The notes below the pieces were generated by a model. That model did not search any database, had not been told where the DNA came from, and saw only the letters and a program-made list of their open reading frames with translations. Both the position numbers and the translations under genes were made by a program. Positions 16,288-26,112 of a stretch of 54,801 bases of DNA are shown here, in pieces. The stretch lies in contig DAIRCJ010000002.1 in assembly GCA_036796755.1 (NCBI GenBank), positions 1-54,801 of the forward strand, given 5' to 3'. The first letter of the stretch is position 1. Each line of letters starts with the position of its first letter. This DNA is from Candidatus Geothermocultoraceae bacterium. Its GTDB lineage: Bacteria; Actinomycetota; Aquicultoria; SKW223; CALKMS01.

Positions 16288-17268
16288 TTGAAAGATGTAA
16301 TTGGAGTTGGGGCTTTAAATGTTGACCTGGTTTATGAGGTTAAGCGTCCAAGGTTAAACGGTGTTCTGGCTAAAAGGGTTGAGCCGGGCGGGGAAATAAC
16401 TTGCTCGGAAGAGGATTATAAAGCTCTTTCTGATTTCATTCGCAAAACCGGTAGATTTGTCTGGCAAAGCGGTGGTGGTCAAGCAGCCAACACCTGTTAT
16501 GCCCTGGCCCGCTGGGGTTTTTCCACTGGTTTTGTAGGAAAGGTAGGGCGCGACGAGTTCGGTGAGTTTTTGAAAAATAGCCTGGAAGGCGTGGACACCC
16601 GGGCTATTGTTACCGATGAGTTCAGCGGGGTTTGCCTGATTGTCGTGCAAGAAGAAGGGGAACGAACAATTTTTGTTTTCCCTAATGCCAACCAGAAACT
16701 TACTCTGGAAGAGATTGACATAAGTTATGTTTTTAACAGCCGTTTTCTTTATTTCTCTTCCTTTGCCGGCGAAAAGCCTTTCCAGGCTCAAATCTCTCTA
16801 GCTTGTCTTTTACCTGAGAAAGTCAAACTGGCTCTGGACATTGGAGAAATTTATGCTCAAAAAGGTTTTGAAAAACTTAAGCCACTTTTAAGAAAGGCTG
16901 AAATTGTTTTTGGAACAGAGAAAGAACTTGCCCTTTTGACCGATGGAAAGCTTATAGATTCAACCGAAAGATTGCTGGCTGAGGGGGTGAAAATTCTGGT
17001 TCTGAAAAGAGGAGCCAAAGGCGCCAAAATCATTACTCGAGGTGAGGATTTCTTCGTTCCGGCCCCGAAAGTGGAAGCGGTAGATACCACTGGAGCTGGT
17101 GATGTTTTTGCTGCTGGCTTTCTGGCTGGACTTTTAAACGGTCTTGATTTAGAAAAATCAGGAAAGCTGGCCAGCTTGCTAGCAGCAAGATCAGTAACCG
17201 GTTACGGTCGCTCAGCCTATCCTGACCTGGTTTTTTTTGAGCAAGCCTTAAAGGAGGTTGAAAGTTGA
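16288..17268 (+). CDS. PfkB-family carbohydrate/nucleoside kinase
   Basis: 'GGGQAANT' and the PfkB signature 2 'DTTGAGDVFAAGFL'. The substrate cannot be determined from the sequence. Confidence 0.8.
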   Translation: MKDVIGVGALNVDLVYEVKRPRLNGVLAKRVEPGGEITCSEEDYKALSDFIRKTGRFVWQSGGGQAANTCYALARWGFSTGFVGKVGRDEFGEFLKNSLEGVDTRAIVTDEFSGVCLIVVQEEGERTIFVFPNANQKLTLEEIDISYVFNSRFLYFSSFAGEKPFQAQISLACLLPEKVKLALDIGEIYAQKGFEKLKPLLRKAEIVFGTEKELALLTDGKLIDSTERLLAEGVKILVLKRGAKGAKIITRGEDFFVPAPKVEAVDTTGAGDVFAAGFLAGLLNGLDLEKSGKLASLLAARSVTGYGRSAYPDLVFFEQALKEVES

Positions 17269-18092
17269 GAGCTTTTGGCTGGTTTTCTTCAGGCCGGGAT
17301 GAAGCCGCCCGCAAACTTTTAGAGGTGGTTTACCGGGGGACAACGGACGGAAGTTTGCCCGGGAAAATAGGCTTTGTTTTTTTAAGTGCGGAGGCGGGCG
17401 AGAACAAAGAAAGTGACCTTTTTATCTCTCTAGTAAAAGAGCTTGGCTTGAAATTATTCACTTTTTCGGCTCGCTCTTTTCTCCCTGAACTCTGGAAAAC
17501 CAACCGGGCTTGGTGGCGGGAAAAGTATCATCAGAAACTGGAAGAAATTCTGCCTTTAAGCGAGGTTGATTTTTCAGTTCTGGCTGGATATATGTATATT
17601 GTTTCTCCTGATTTTTGCCGAAAGCATATTCTTTTAAACCTTCACCCGGCTTTGCCGGGAGGACCGGCGGGCACCTGGCAGGAAGTAATCTGGAGATTAA
17701 TAGAGGAAAGGGCAGACTGGCAAGGTGCTATGATCCACTTGGTCACCAGGGAGCTTGACCGCGGTACTCCACTTACCTATTTTTCCTTTTCTCTTAAAGG
17801 CAAAGAATTCAAGCCTTACTGGGAGGATTTTTATTTAAAAATTGAGAAGAAAAGTTTTAAGGAGCTAAAGGAAAAGGAAGGAGAAAAGCTACCGCTTTTT
17901 AAAAAAATTCGGGAAGAAGGGGTAAAAAGAGAGCTTCCTTTAATTTTCTTTACCATAAAGAATTTTCTGGAAGGAAGAATAAAGGTGAAAGAAGGTAAGC
18001 TTATTGTTGATGGTGGTGAGTCTCCCCCTCTCAATTTAAACTCAGAAATTGAAGGGTGGTTAAAAGGTGTTTACGGTTCAGATAGACAGTGA
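17265..18092 (+). CDS. Formyltransferase-family protein, atypical PurN-like GAR transformylase with a C-terminal extension
   Basis: 'LAGYMYIV', 'LNLHPALPGGPAG' (catalytic His region) and 'HLVTRELDRGTPL' (catalytic Asp region) resemble PurN. The N-terminal loop and the last ~90 aa are non-canonical. Confidence 0.55.
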   Translation: MRAFGWFSSGRDEAARKLLEVVYRGTTDGSLPGKIGFVFLSAEAGENKESDLFISLVKELGLKLFTFSARSFLPELWKTNRAWWREKYHQKLEEILPLSEVDFSVLAGYMYIVSPDFCRKHILLNLHPALPGGPAGTWQEVIWRLIEERADWQGAMIHLVTRELDRGTPLTYFSFSLKGKEFKPYWEDFYLKIEKKSFKELKEKEGEKLPLFKKIREEGVKRELPLIFFTIKNFLEGRIKVKEGKLIVDGGESPPLNLNSEIEGWLKGVYGSDRQ

Positions 18093-19119
18093 TTGTGAAG
18101 GCCCCCTTTCCTTGAATGACAATGCTTTTGAGCTTTGCGCTGCTTTCCTTCCTCGGGGCGAAAAATTTTTTACTCAGGTTAGTCGCTACGATGACTACCT
18201 TGCTGATATTGAAAAGCGTCCTGGTTACAAGGGAGGGGATACCTTAAAACTAATCATTCCCTTCTTAATTTTGTTTGGGTTGGGAAAAGAGAAGATAAAA
18301 AATTTCTCCCAAAGGACCCTCGTTTTGCTGGAAGACGGAAAACTGCTGACCAAAATTTCCTTTCCGGCCTTCCTTATCAGCACCAGCTACAGCGAGTACG
18401 CTCTTGAGGTTGCTAGGGTGGTTGGTATTCCTGAAGAAAATGTTTACTCCACTTTTGTAGAATGGGATAAGTATAAGTTAAGCCTCAAGGAAAAAGAAAA
18501 ACTGGGCTTATTTTACCAGGAGATCTTGAATTTACCTCCAATTAAAATTTCTGCCGAAGCAAAAAACCTTAATGACTTAAGCGAGGGTTCCCGAAGGGCA
18601 ATCAAAAGGCTGGATGAGATTTTCTTTCAAGAAATCCCTAGCTTAAAAGTAGGAAGGGTCTTCTGGGAGGTTAGTCCGGTGGGGGGCGAGGAAAAGGCGC
18701 GGGCTTTAGCTGACAGCCAGAAAAAAACCGGAATACCTTTTGAGAAAATTGTTTACTTTGGCGATAGCCTGACGGATAAACAGGCTTTGGAAAAAGTTCG
18801 CAAAGAAGGTGGTTTAGCAGTAGCTGTAAACGCTAACCGTTATGCTTTGAAAGAAGCGGAACTGGCTGTTTTAACTTCCTCGGTTTATCCTCTGGTTTTA
18901 ATAGCCTGGATTTTAAACGAAAAAGGCAAAGAGGGAATTTTTCAGCACCTCGGGGGTGAAAAATTGAAAAGTCTTAGCTTGCCTTCCTTTTTGAGGAAAA
19001 AGGATTACAAGGATTATAAAATTGTTGACTTAAAGAAGGTGAGCTGGCAAGATTTTTACCAGGAAAGCGAAGCCTTTCGCCGAAAGCTAAGAGGCGAAAA
19101 AATAGGCAGCCTGGGTTAA
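18067..19119 (+). CDS. HAD-superfamily-like hydrolase, function unknown
   Basis: The N-terminal 'QIDSDCEGPL' fits HAD motif I (DxDxxGxL). 'YFGDSLTDKQAL' fits motif IV (GDxxxD). A large cap-like insert lies between them. Confidence 0.45.
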   Translation: MFTVQIDSDCEGPLSLNDNAFELCAAFLPRGEKFFTQVSRYDDYLADIEKRPGYKGGDTLKLIIPFLILFGLGKEKIKNFSQRTLVLLEDGKLLTKISFPAFLISTSYSEYALEVARVVGIPEENVYSTFVEWDKYKLSLKEKEKLGLFYQEILNLPPIKISAEAKNLNDLSEGSRRAIKRLDEIFFQEIPSLKVGRVFWEVSPVGGEEKARALADSQKKTGIPFEKIVYFGDSLTDKQALEKVRKEGGLAVAVNANRYALKEAELAVLTSSVYPLVLIAWILNEKGKEGIFQHLGGEKLKSLSLPSFLRKKDYKDYKIVDLKKVSWQDFYQESEAFRRKLRGEKIGSLG

Positions 19120-19134
19120 GAGAAAGGAGGTTTT

Positions 19135-20685
19135 ATGAAAAATCTTAAAATCAAAAGGGCGGTGGTCAGTGTTTCCAACAAGCAAGGGGTAGTTAGTTTT
19201 TGTCGGGAGCTTGCCAATCTGGGAGTGGAAATTATTTCCACGGGTGGAACAGCTGAAGCCTTAAGGAAAGGCGGCGTTTCCGTAACTGATGTTTCTGCTG
19301 TGACGGGATTTCCCGAAGTTTTAGAAGGAAGGGTAAAAACTCTTCACCCGGCAATTTTAGCTGGAGTTTTAGCGGATAAAGATAAACCTGCTCATCTTGA
19401 AGAGCTTGAAAAACTGGGCTTGGCTCCTCTCGATCTGGTAGTGGTAAATCTTTATCCCTTTAGAGAAGTTACCTCTAAGCCGGACGTTTCAATGGAAGAG
19501 GCTATTGAAAACATAGACATTGGCGGGGTTACTCTTATTCGGGCCGCTGCCAAGAACTATCGTTCAGTTGCTGTTTTAGTTGATAACCATCGCTATGACG
19601 AAATAATCTCTGAGTTAAAAGAGAACGATGGTTGCTTGAGCGAAGAAACCCGTTATGAACTGGCAAAGGAAGCTTTTGAACACACAGCCGACTACGATGA
19701 GACCATTCATCATTTTTTTATTGGAGAAAGCCCAGGCTTTCCTGCCTTATTAAATCTCCATTTTGAAAAAATTCAAGACCTCCGCTATGGCGAAAATCCA
19801 CACCAGAAAGCAGCTTTATATAGGGAGATAGGAGCCCCTCGTTACACTCTGGTTTATGGCGAACAGCTTCATGGCAAGGACCTTTCTTATAACAATATTT
19901 TGGATATGGATGCGGCCTGGGCAGCCGTTAGGGAGTTTGAGGACCCGGCTTGTGTAATAGTTAAACACACCAACCCCTGCGGAGTGGCGGTGGCTTCTGA
20001 TTTGCTCACTGCTTATGAAAAGGCTTATGCTTGCGATTCGGTTTCTGCTTTCGGAGGAATCGTTGCTTTAAATCGGGAGGTTGATGAAGAAATTGCTAAA
20101 AAACTATCTGAAGTTTTTTATGAGATAATTCTAGCCCCCGCTTTTCTGGAAGAAGGTCTGGAAATTTTAGTGCAGAAGAAAAATCTGCGCCTGATTTATA
20201 TGGGCGAAGACCATCCTGGTGGCTTCTGGGGAGAAGAATACCGTCGGATAGAAGGCGGGCTTTTAGTTCAGGAGTACGATGTAGTGAGAGAACAGAGAAG
20301 CGAGATGACCGTTCCAACTGATAGGAAACCAACTGAAGAAGAATGGCGAGACCTTCTCTTTGCCTGGAAGGTAGCGAAAAATGTTAAATCGAACACCATT
20401 GTTTTAGCTAAAGATTTGGCTACTGTGGGCATTGGGGCTGGTCAGATGAGCCGCATTGATGCTTTCTGGATAGCTTCCCGAAAGTCAAATGGTCGGGATA
20501 ATGGGGCGGTTTTGGCTTCAGATGCTTTCTTTCCTTTTCCTGATGTAGTTGAGGCGGCAGCTCAGGTTGGAGTAACCGCCATTATCCAGCCCGGGGGAGC
20601 AATGCGAGACGAAGAATCCATTGAGGCTTGTAATAAGCACGGAATTGCTATGGTTTTCACTGGCCGTCGCCACTTCAAGCACTAG
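19135..20685 (+). CDS. purH: Bifunctional AICAR transformylase / IMP cyclohydrolase
   Basis: 'RAVVSVSNKQG', 'ISTGGTA', 'GRVKTLHP', 'NLYPF', 'IENIDIGG', 'VKHTNPCG', 'AFFPF' and 'IIQPGGAMRD' are diagnostic PurH motifs. A strong AAAGGAGG ribosome-binding site precedes the start. Confidence 0.95.
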   Translation: MKNLKIKRAVVSVSNKQGVVSFCRELANLGVEIISTGGTAEALRKGGVSVTDVSAVTGFPEVLEGRVKTLHPAILAGVLADKDKPAHLEELEKLGLAPLDLVVVNLYPFREVTSKPDVSMEEAIENIDIGGVTLIRAAAKNYRSVAVLVDNHRYDEIISELKENDGCLSEETRYELAKEAFEHTADYDETIHHFFIGESPGFPALLNLHFEKIQDLRYGENPHQKAALYREIGAPRYTLVYGEQLHGKDLSYNNILDMDAAWAAVREFEDPACVIVKHTNPCGVAVASDLLTAYEKAYACDSVSAFGGIVALNREVDEEIAKKLSEVFYEIILAPAFLEEGLEILVQKKNLRLIYMGEDHPGGFWGEEYRRIEGGLLVQEYDVVREQRSEMTVPTDRKPTEEEWRDLLFAWKVAKNVKSNTIVLAKDLATVGIGAGQMSRIDAFWIASRKSNGRDNGAVLASDAFFPFPDVVEAAAQVGVTAIIQPGGAMRDEESIEACNKHGIAMVFTGRRHFKH

Positions 20686-20817
20686 GCTTGAGGCGGTTAA
20701 GAAAGCTTTAAGCCTAAGGTATTTGAAAGAGTAGCCAAAGAGGCTCGACTCCTAATAAAGCAGTTAATTGAAGTTTGATAGCCAATTTAATTCAGTGAGG
20801 AGTTAAGCTGGCGCAGA

Positions 20818-22128
20818 ATGGATAAGTTTTATCGGGCGGTTTCGCTTTTCTTATTTTTTTTGGTTCTGGTGGCTAAGCCTCCGGCTGCCTACTCAGAGAA
20901 AGAAATACTCGGCTGGCTTGAGTATAAAGAGAAAGTTCTGGTGAGTGTCCCATTAGAGCTTTCTTTTCTCATCCCCACTTCCACTCGTCCTCCAGGTACT
21001 TTTTCAATAGCTAAGGTTGAGAAAGTTTTGGTTAAGCCGGGAGAAGAGGTTAAAAAAGGGGAGGTAATGATTGTTCTGGAAGATCTTTTGGCTCGGGCTC
21101 AACTAAAAAGAGCCGAGGCTAATTTAGAAGTGGTGAAAGCACAAAAGAATCTGCTGAAAGAAAAAAGAAAAGAGATTGAGGATAAACTTTCTGACTTAAT
21201 TGAGAGCGAAAAAAAGATAGGGCAGGCCGAAACTCAAGCTCAACTAAACTACCAGAAAGGAATTAGCCAGCTTAAAAAAGCAAAAGAAGAGATAAATAGA
21301 AAGCTTTTAGGGGTGAAAGAGGGAGAAGGAATTTTAATAAAGGCTTTAGGAGAAGTTAAAAAGGGCATCTCAGCTTTGGAAGAGCAAATTGAGAGAGTAA
21401 AAATGCTTCCTGGTACCGATCCCTCCCGGCAACTCCTTCTTCAGGAGCTGGAGAAAAAATTAACCTCTCTTGAGTTTGAGAAAGGAGCTCTCAATCAAAG
21501 GTTAATCCAGTTAGAAACCGCCAGAAAAAAACTGGTCTTTGCTTTACTTCAGATTGAAAGCGGTTTAAAAGAAGCTCCTTTGAAATATCAGAGGGGTAAA
21601 AGAAAGATTTTAAAGGCGAAGAACAGGCTTAAGAAGGCTCAAACTCAACTTTTAGAAGCTCGAGAAAAGGTTGATTTCCAATTAAGCCTGGTGCCTTATT
21701 ACCTTAAACAGGCTGAGTCCTTGAAAGAAATAAGTGAGAAAGTTTTTAATCTAACCAGGCTACGAACACCAGCAGACGGAATGGTGGTTTCGCTTAATGT
21801 AAAGCCGGGTGAGGTTGTCTTTCCCGGTCAGGTATTGCTGGAGATAGCCGACCCTGAAAGAATAGTTTTTAAGGGTTACCTTAAAGCAAGCCAGGAGTTG
21901 ACCGCCCTTTCTCAGAACTACCAGGTCAAAGTTGATTCCTTTCCTGAACTTTCTTTTAAAGCCTGGTTGCTTTTTCTACCCTGGAAAGAGGAGTTTGCTG
22001 AAACAGCAGTGATAAGTGAAGAAAGCGAGTTAAGCAGGGTTCTGGAGTTCAGGCTGGCAGTTGATAACTCAAACAAACTTTTAAAACCAGGCTTTCCAGC
22101 GACCGCTTTTTTAAAGAACCAAAAATAA
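20818..22128 (+). CDS. HlyD-family periplasmic adaptor with a very long coiled coil
   Basis: Signal/anchor sequence, lipoyl-like hairpin halves ('VKPGEEVKKGEVMIVLED' ... 'DGMVVSLNVKPGEVVFPGQVLLEIAD') separated by ~230 aa of K/E/L/Q coiled coil, then a C-terminal beta-barrel. Confidence 0.7.
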   Translation: MDKFYRAVSLFLFFLVLVAKPPAAYSEKEILGWLEYKEKVLVSVPLELSFLIPTSTRPPGTFSIAKVEKVLVKPGEEVKKGEVMIVLEDLLARAQLKRAEANLEVVKAQKNLLKEKRKEIEDKLSDLIESEKKIGQAETQAQLNYQKGISQLKKAKEEINRKLLGVKEGEGILIKALGEVKKGISALEEQIERVKMLPGTDPSRQLLLQELEKKLTSLEFEKGALNQRLIQLETARKKLVFALLQIESGLKEAPLKYQRGKRKILKAKNRLKKAQTQLLEAREKVDFQLSLVPYYLKQAESLKEISEKVFNLTRLRTPADGMVVSLNVKPGEVVFPGQVLLEIADPERIVFKGYLKASQELTALSQNYQVKVDSFPELSFKAWLLFLPWKEEFAETAVISEESELSRVLEFRLAVDNSNKLLKPGFPATAFLKNQK

Positions 22129-22140
22129 AAAGGAGGAAAG

Positions 22141-22923
22141 ATGGAGATTAAAAAGCCTTTGATTGCTCTGGCTTTAATTTTTGTTTTGGCAGCCGGAGGG
22201 ATAGTTTACTACTTTTATCAGGAGAATATTGAAGAAAACAAAAAGGAGATTGGTGGCTCGGGAGTGATTGAAGCCGAGGAGATAAGAGTGGGGACAATGT
22301 TTGGGGGAAGAATTAAAGAAATAAAAGTCAGAGAGGGAGAGAAGGTTAAAAAAGGCAGTTTGCTTGCGATTTTAGACAACGAGGTTCTTCGACAGCAGGT
22401 CAAAGCAGCTGAGGCAGGGGTTCAAATAGCCCGCGCTCAGTTAAAAGAAGTTAGAGACGAAGGAAACGAGTCAGAAATTGAAGTGGCCAAAGCTCAGCTT
22501 AAGCAAGCTGAAGCTAATCTTGAAGCTTATCAGGTTCAGCTTCGGGAAACAAGAATTACCTCTCCACTGGAAGGAGTTATTCTTTCTCTCCCGGTAAGTC
22601 TGGGTGAAGTGGTAAACAGCGGGTCTACCATAGCGGTGATAGGCGATCTGCGGAAATTAAAGTTAGTCATTTATCTTCCCGAAGAAGAGGCAGGAAAAGT
22701 TAAAGTGGGTGATGAATGTTCAATTTCGGTTGATTCTTATCCGGGTCGGGCTTTTTTTGGGAAGGTTTCCGAAATTGCTGATCAAGCTGAGTTTACTCCT
22801 CAAAATATCCAGACCCGGGAGCAGAGAACCAGCCTGGTTTATGCTGTAACTATCTCCATTGAAAATTCTGACCTTGCTTTAAAACCTGGTCAACCTGCTG
22901 ATGCTTTCATTAAGGCGGAGTGA
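22141..22923 (+). CDS. HlyD-family periplasmic adaptor (YbhG-like, short)
   Basis: TM anchor, 'GGRIKEIKVREGEKVKKGSLLAILD', a short coiled coil, 'TSPLEGVILS', and the C-terminal 'FTPQNIQTREQRTSLVYAV' typical of YbhG-type adaptors. Confidence 0.8.
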   Translation: MEIKKPLIALALIFVLAAGGIVYYFYQENIEENKKEIGGSGVIEAEEIRVGTMFGGRIKEIKVREGEKVKKGSLLAILDNEVLRQQVKAAEAGVQIARAQLKEVRDEGNESEIEVAKAQLKQAEANLEAYQVQLRETRITSPLEGVILSLPVSLGEVVNSGSTIAVIGDLRKLKLVIYLPEEEAGKVKVGDECSISVDSYPGRAFFGKVSEIADQAEFTPQNIQTREQRTSLVYAVTISIENSDLALKPGQPADAFIKAE

Positions 22924-22926
22924 TAG

Positions 22927-23859
22927 ATGGTTGAACCAGCAATTGAAGTTTCCCAGCTTATTTATGAATATCCCGGAATAAAAGCTCTTGATAAAGTTAA
23001 CCTGAAGGTAAACTCAGGGGAAATTTTTGCCCTGGTGGGTCCGGATGGAGCTGGCAAAACTACTTTAATTAAAAATCTGGCTACCATTTTGAAGCCCACA
23101 GCCGGGTCAGTTTGGATAAGAGGGCTGGAAGCGGTTCGTTCTAAAAAGGAGATAAGGAAAATGATAGGTTATATGTCCCAGAGGTTTTCTTTGTATGAAG
23201 ATTTAACTGTGCTGGAAAACCTGACTTTTTTCGCTGACTTATATAACCTTCCCCGGGAAAAAAGAAAGACCACTCTGGAAAAACTGCTTTACTTTTCCCG
23301 ACTTGAAGGATTTACCCATCTTTTAGCAGCTGAGCTTTCGGGTGGGATGAAACAAAAGCTTGCTCTGGCTTGTACTTTAATAAAAGAGCCCCGAATTTTA
23401 TTACTTGATGAGCCAACAACGGGCGTTGACCCTCTCAGCCGTCGTGAGCTCTGGTCTATATTTACCGAACTTCATCATCAGGGAATAACTATTTTCTTTT
23501 CCACTCCATACCTTGATGAAGCCGAGCGTTCAAACAAAGTGGCTTTTCTTAAAGAGGGAAGGATAAGGTTGGTCGAAAAGCCTGAGGTTATAAAGAGGGG
23601 TTTAAAAGGTCTGGTGATTGAGGTTTCCGCTCAGCCCCTGAACGACCTGGTCGGCCTAGTTAAAAGCCTTAGCTTTATTAAAGAGGTAGAAATCTTTGGC
23701 AACCGGGTCGAAGTTTTGGTGGAGTCTTCTAAATTTCTTCCCCAACTTAAGAAGGCTTTAAAAGAAAAGTTTAAAAACTTCAGTCTGCAGCCGAAAAGAC
23801 CTTCTTTAGAACAGGCTTTCAGTTATTTTGAGGGAGTTGAGGAAGATAAGTTTTTATAG
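22927..23859 (+). CDS. ABC transporter ATP-binding protein (ABC-2/DrrA type)
   Basis: Walker A 'GPDGAGKTT', 'YMSQRFSLY', signature 'LSGGMKQKL', Walker B 'LLLDEPTTGVDP'. Confidence 0.85.
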   Translation: MVEPAIEVSQLIYEYPGIKALDKVNLKVNSGEIFALVGPDGAGKTTLIKNLATILKPTAGSVWIRGLEAVRSKKEIRKMIGYMSQRFSLYEDLTVLENLTFFADLYNLPREKRKTTLEKLLYFSRLEGFTHLLAAELSGGMKQKLALACTLIKEPRILLLDEPTTGVDPLSRRELWSIFTELHHQGITIFFSTPYLDEAERSNKVAFLKEGRIRLVEKPEVIKRGLKGLVIEVSAQPLNDLVGLVKSLSFIKEVEIFGNRVEVLVESSKFLPQLKKALKEKFKNFSLQPKRPSLEQAFSYFEGVEEDKFL

Positions 23860-24985
23860 GTTAGTCCGGGCAGTATTTAAAAAGGAGTTTTTTCATATTT
23901 TTCGCGATCTCCGGACTCTTCTGATAATACTTTTTTTGCCGATGATTCAACTTTTTATGTATGGCTATGCTTTAACTTTTGACGTCAGGGAAATTCCTTT
24001 AGCGGTTTACGACCGGGACCACTCAGCTTTGAGTCGGGATTTAGCTTCGGCTTTTACCCGTTCAGGTTACTTCAAAGTGGTGGCTTACCCTTTGGAGTCC
24101 GATTTTCAATTCCGGCTTGACCGGGGAGAGATTGGGGCAGCCTTGATCATACCCGGGGGTTTTCAGAAAAAGGTGAAAAAAGGAGAGAAAACCAGCGTTC
24201 AGATGATAATTGATGGTTCTGACCCGGTAATTGGAAGAGTGGCTTATGGTTACTCTTTAGCTATTATCTCCAATTTTTCTTCCCTTCTGGCCCACTCTTA
24301 TCTGGAAAGCCAGGGCTGGCGTCTAAAAGAAGCCTTTTTACCGCTAGAGGGAAGGTTAAGAGTCTGGTATAACCCTGAGCTTAAGAGTGTTAACTACATT
24401 GTTCCAGGTCTGATAGCTCTTTTGATGCTTACCTTAGGAACTATCGAAACGGCTACCTCTATTGTTAAAGAAAAAGAGAACGGAACCTGGGAAAACCTCT
24501 TAATTTCTCCCCTTTCCAGTCTGGACTTGATACTAGGGAAAACCCTTCCTTATCTTTTGCTGGCTTTTTTATCCGCCCTTCTAGTTACAGCAGTGGGTGT
24601 CTTCTGGTTTGGTGTTCCTTTCCGGGGAAGTTTTTTTCTGTTTTTACTTTCCCTTACGGTGTATCTTATCGGAACTATTGGGATGGGCCTTTTTATCTCC
24701 GCTCTCACTGACTCCCAGCAGGTTGCCACCCTGGTTGCCTTTCTCTCTACTTTTATACCCAGTATGATGCTTTCCGGTTTTATTTTCCCTATCAGGAGCA
24801 TGCCGCAAATTCTTCAGTTTTTGACTTATTTCATTCCTGCTCGCTATTTTCTGGTAATTTTAAGAGGAATTTTCTTAAAAGGCATTTCCTTTGATTTCCT
24901 CTGGCCCGATTTTTTAAGTTTGGTCCTTTTTGATCTGGCAATTCTCACTCTGGCCTCGCTTTTAATCCGGAGGGACCTGGGATGA
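23828..24985 (+). CDS. ABC-2 type transporter permease (YbhS/YbhR-like)
   Basis: N-terminal TM helix, a large external loop, then five or six TM helices including 'VWYNPELKSVNYIVPGLIA'. The exact start is uncertain; a TTG at 23828 or 23837 would overlap the upstream gene. Confidence 0.8.
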   Translation: MRELRKISFYRLVRAVFKKEFFHIFRDLRTLLIILFLPMIQLFMYGYALTFDVREIPLAVYDRDHSALSRDLASAFTRSGYFKVVAYPLESDFQFRLDRGEIGAALIIPGGFQKKVKKGEKTSVQMIIDGSDPVIGRVAYGYSLAIISNFSSLLAHSYLESQGWRLKEAFLPLEGRLRVWYNPELKSVNYIVPGLIALLMLTLGTIETATSIVKEKENGTWENLLISPLSSLDLILGKTLPYLLLAFLSALLVTAVGVFWFGVPFRGSFFLFLLSLTVYLIGTIGMGLFISALTDSQQVATLVAFLSTFIPSMMLSGFIFPIRSMPQILQFLTYFIPARYFLVILRGIFLKGISFDFLWPDFLSLVLFDLAILTLASLLIRRDLG

Positions 24986-26112
24986 GAAGAGTTTTGGTTC
25001 TGGTTAAAAAAGAATTCATTCAGCTTTTGCGAGACCGGCGAATTTTGCCTCTCCTTTTCATTGCTCCGGTAATTCAGATGATTATTTTCGGAACAGTGGC
25101 TAAAACAGAGGTCAAAAGAGTACCGCTTTTTCTGGTAGACGAAGATGTTTCTGTTTCCAGCCGTCGCCTTCTTCAAAGCTTTATTCAATCGGGCTATTTT
25201 GAGCTTATTGGCTCAGGCTGGAGTGAAAAAAAAGCCCGGGAGATGGTAGCCCGGGGAAAAGCCAGCTTGGCTCTTTTAATAGACCCTAATTTTGAGCGTG
25301 AGATTCAGGCTGGGAGAAAAGTTTATGTCGGCGTGATTTTAGATGGCTCGGATTCCAACACGGCTTCTCAGGTTCAGTCCTATGCTGTTCGGATTATTAA
25401 TAACTTTTCCAGCCAGCTTTTTGCCAGGCGAATTGCTAAGCTTAAAGCAGTAATGCTTCAGGTGGTTCAAGTTGAGCCCCGGGTCCGCATCTGGTACAAC
25501 CCTGAGCTTAAAAGCGTTAACTATTTTGTTCCCGGGCTTATCGGAATGATCTTAGGGATGCTTTTAACCACTCTTACTTCACTGGCTATTGTTCGGGAAA
25601 GGGAAAGGGGTACTCTGGAGCAGGTCCTGGTCACTCCAGTTAAGAGATGGGAGTTTATAATGGGAAAGGTAATTCCTTATGTTATTGTAGGCTTAATTGA
25701 GGTAACTCTGGTTTTTTCCACGGCTGTTAATATTTTTAAGGTTCCTTTTCAAGGTAGCTTTACCCTATTTTTCCTATCCTGTCTGGTTTTTTTAATTCCC
25801 AGCGTGGGACTGGGTCTACTGGTTTCCGCTCTTTCTAAAACGCAGCAACAAGCCGAGGTCAGTTCCTGGCTTTTTAATTTTCCTTCCATGATGCTATCCG
25901 GCTTTATTTTTCCAATTGCCAATATGCCTGCGCCGGTCAGGTTTTTAACTTACTTTATTCCCTTGCGCTACTTTCTTTTTATTGTTCGCAGTTTGTTTTT
26001 GAAAGGAAGCAGTCTGGCTGAACTCTGGTTTGAGTTTTTGGCTCTTTTTCTTTTAGGTGTTGCTATCTTTTCAATAAGCATAGTTCGCTTCCGCAAAAAA
26101 CTGGAGGATTGA
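24982..26112 (+). CDS. ABC-2 type transporter permease (paralog of 23828-24985)
   Basis: Same architecture as its neighbour, with a shared 'IWYNPELKSVNYFVPGLIG' block. The ATG overlaps the previous stop (ATGA). Confidence 0.8.
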   Translation: MRRVLVLVKKEFIQLLRDRRILPLLFIAPVIQMIIFGTVAKTEVKRVPLFLVDEDVSVSSRRLLQSFIQSGYFELIGSGWSEKKAREMVARGKASLALLIDPNFEREIQAGRKVYVGVILDGSDSNTASQVQSYAVRIINNFSSQLFARRIAKLKAVMLQVVQVEPRVRIWYNPELKSVNYFVPGLIGMILGMLLTTLTSLAIVRERERGTLEQVLVTPVKRWEFIMGKVIPYVIVGLIEVTLVFSTAVNIFKVPFQGSFTLFFLSCLVFLIPSVGLGLLVSALSKTQQQAEVSSWLFNFPSMMLSGFIFPIANMPAPVRFLTYFIPLRYFLFIVRSLFLKGSSLAELWFEFLALFLLGVAIFSISIVRFRKKLED

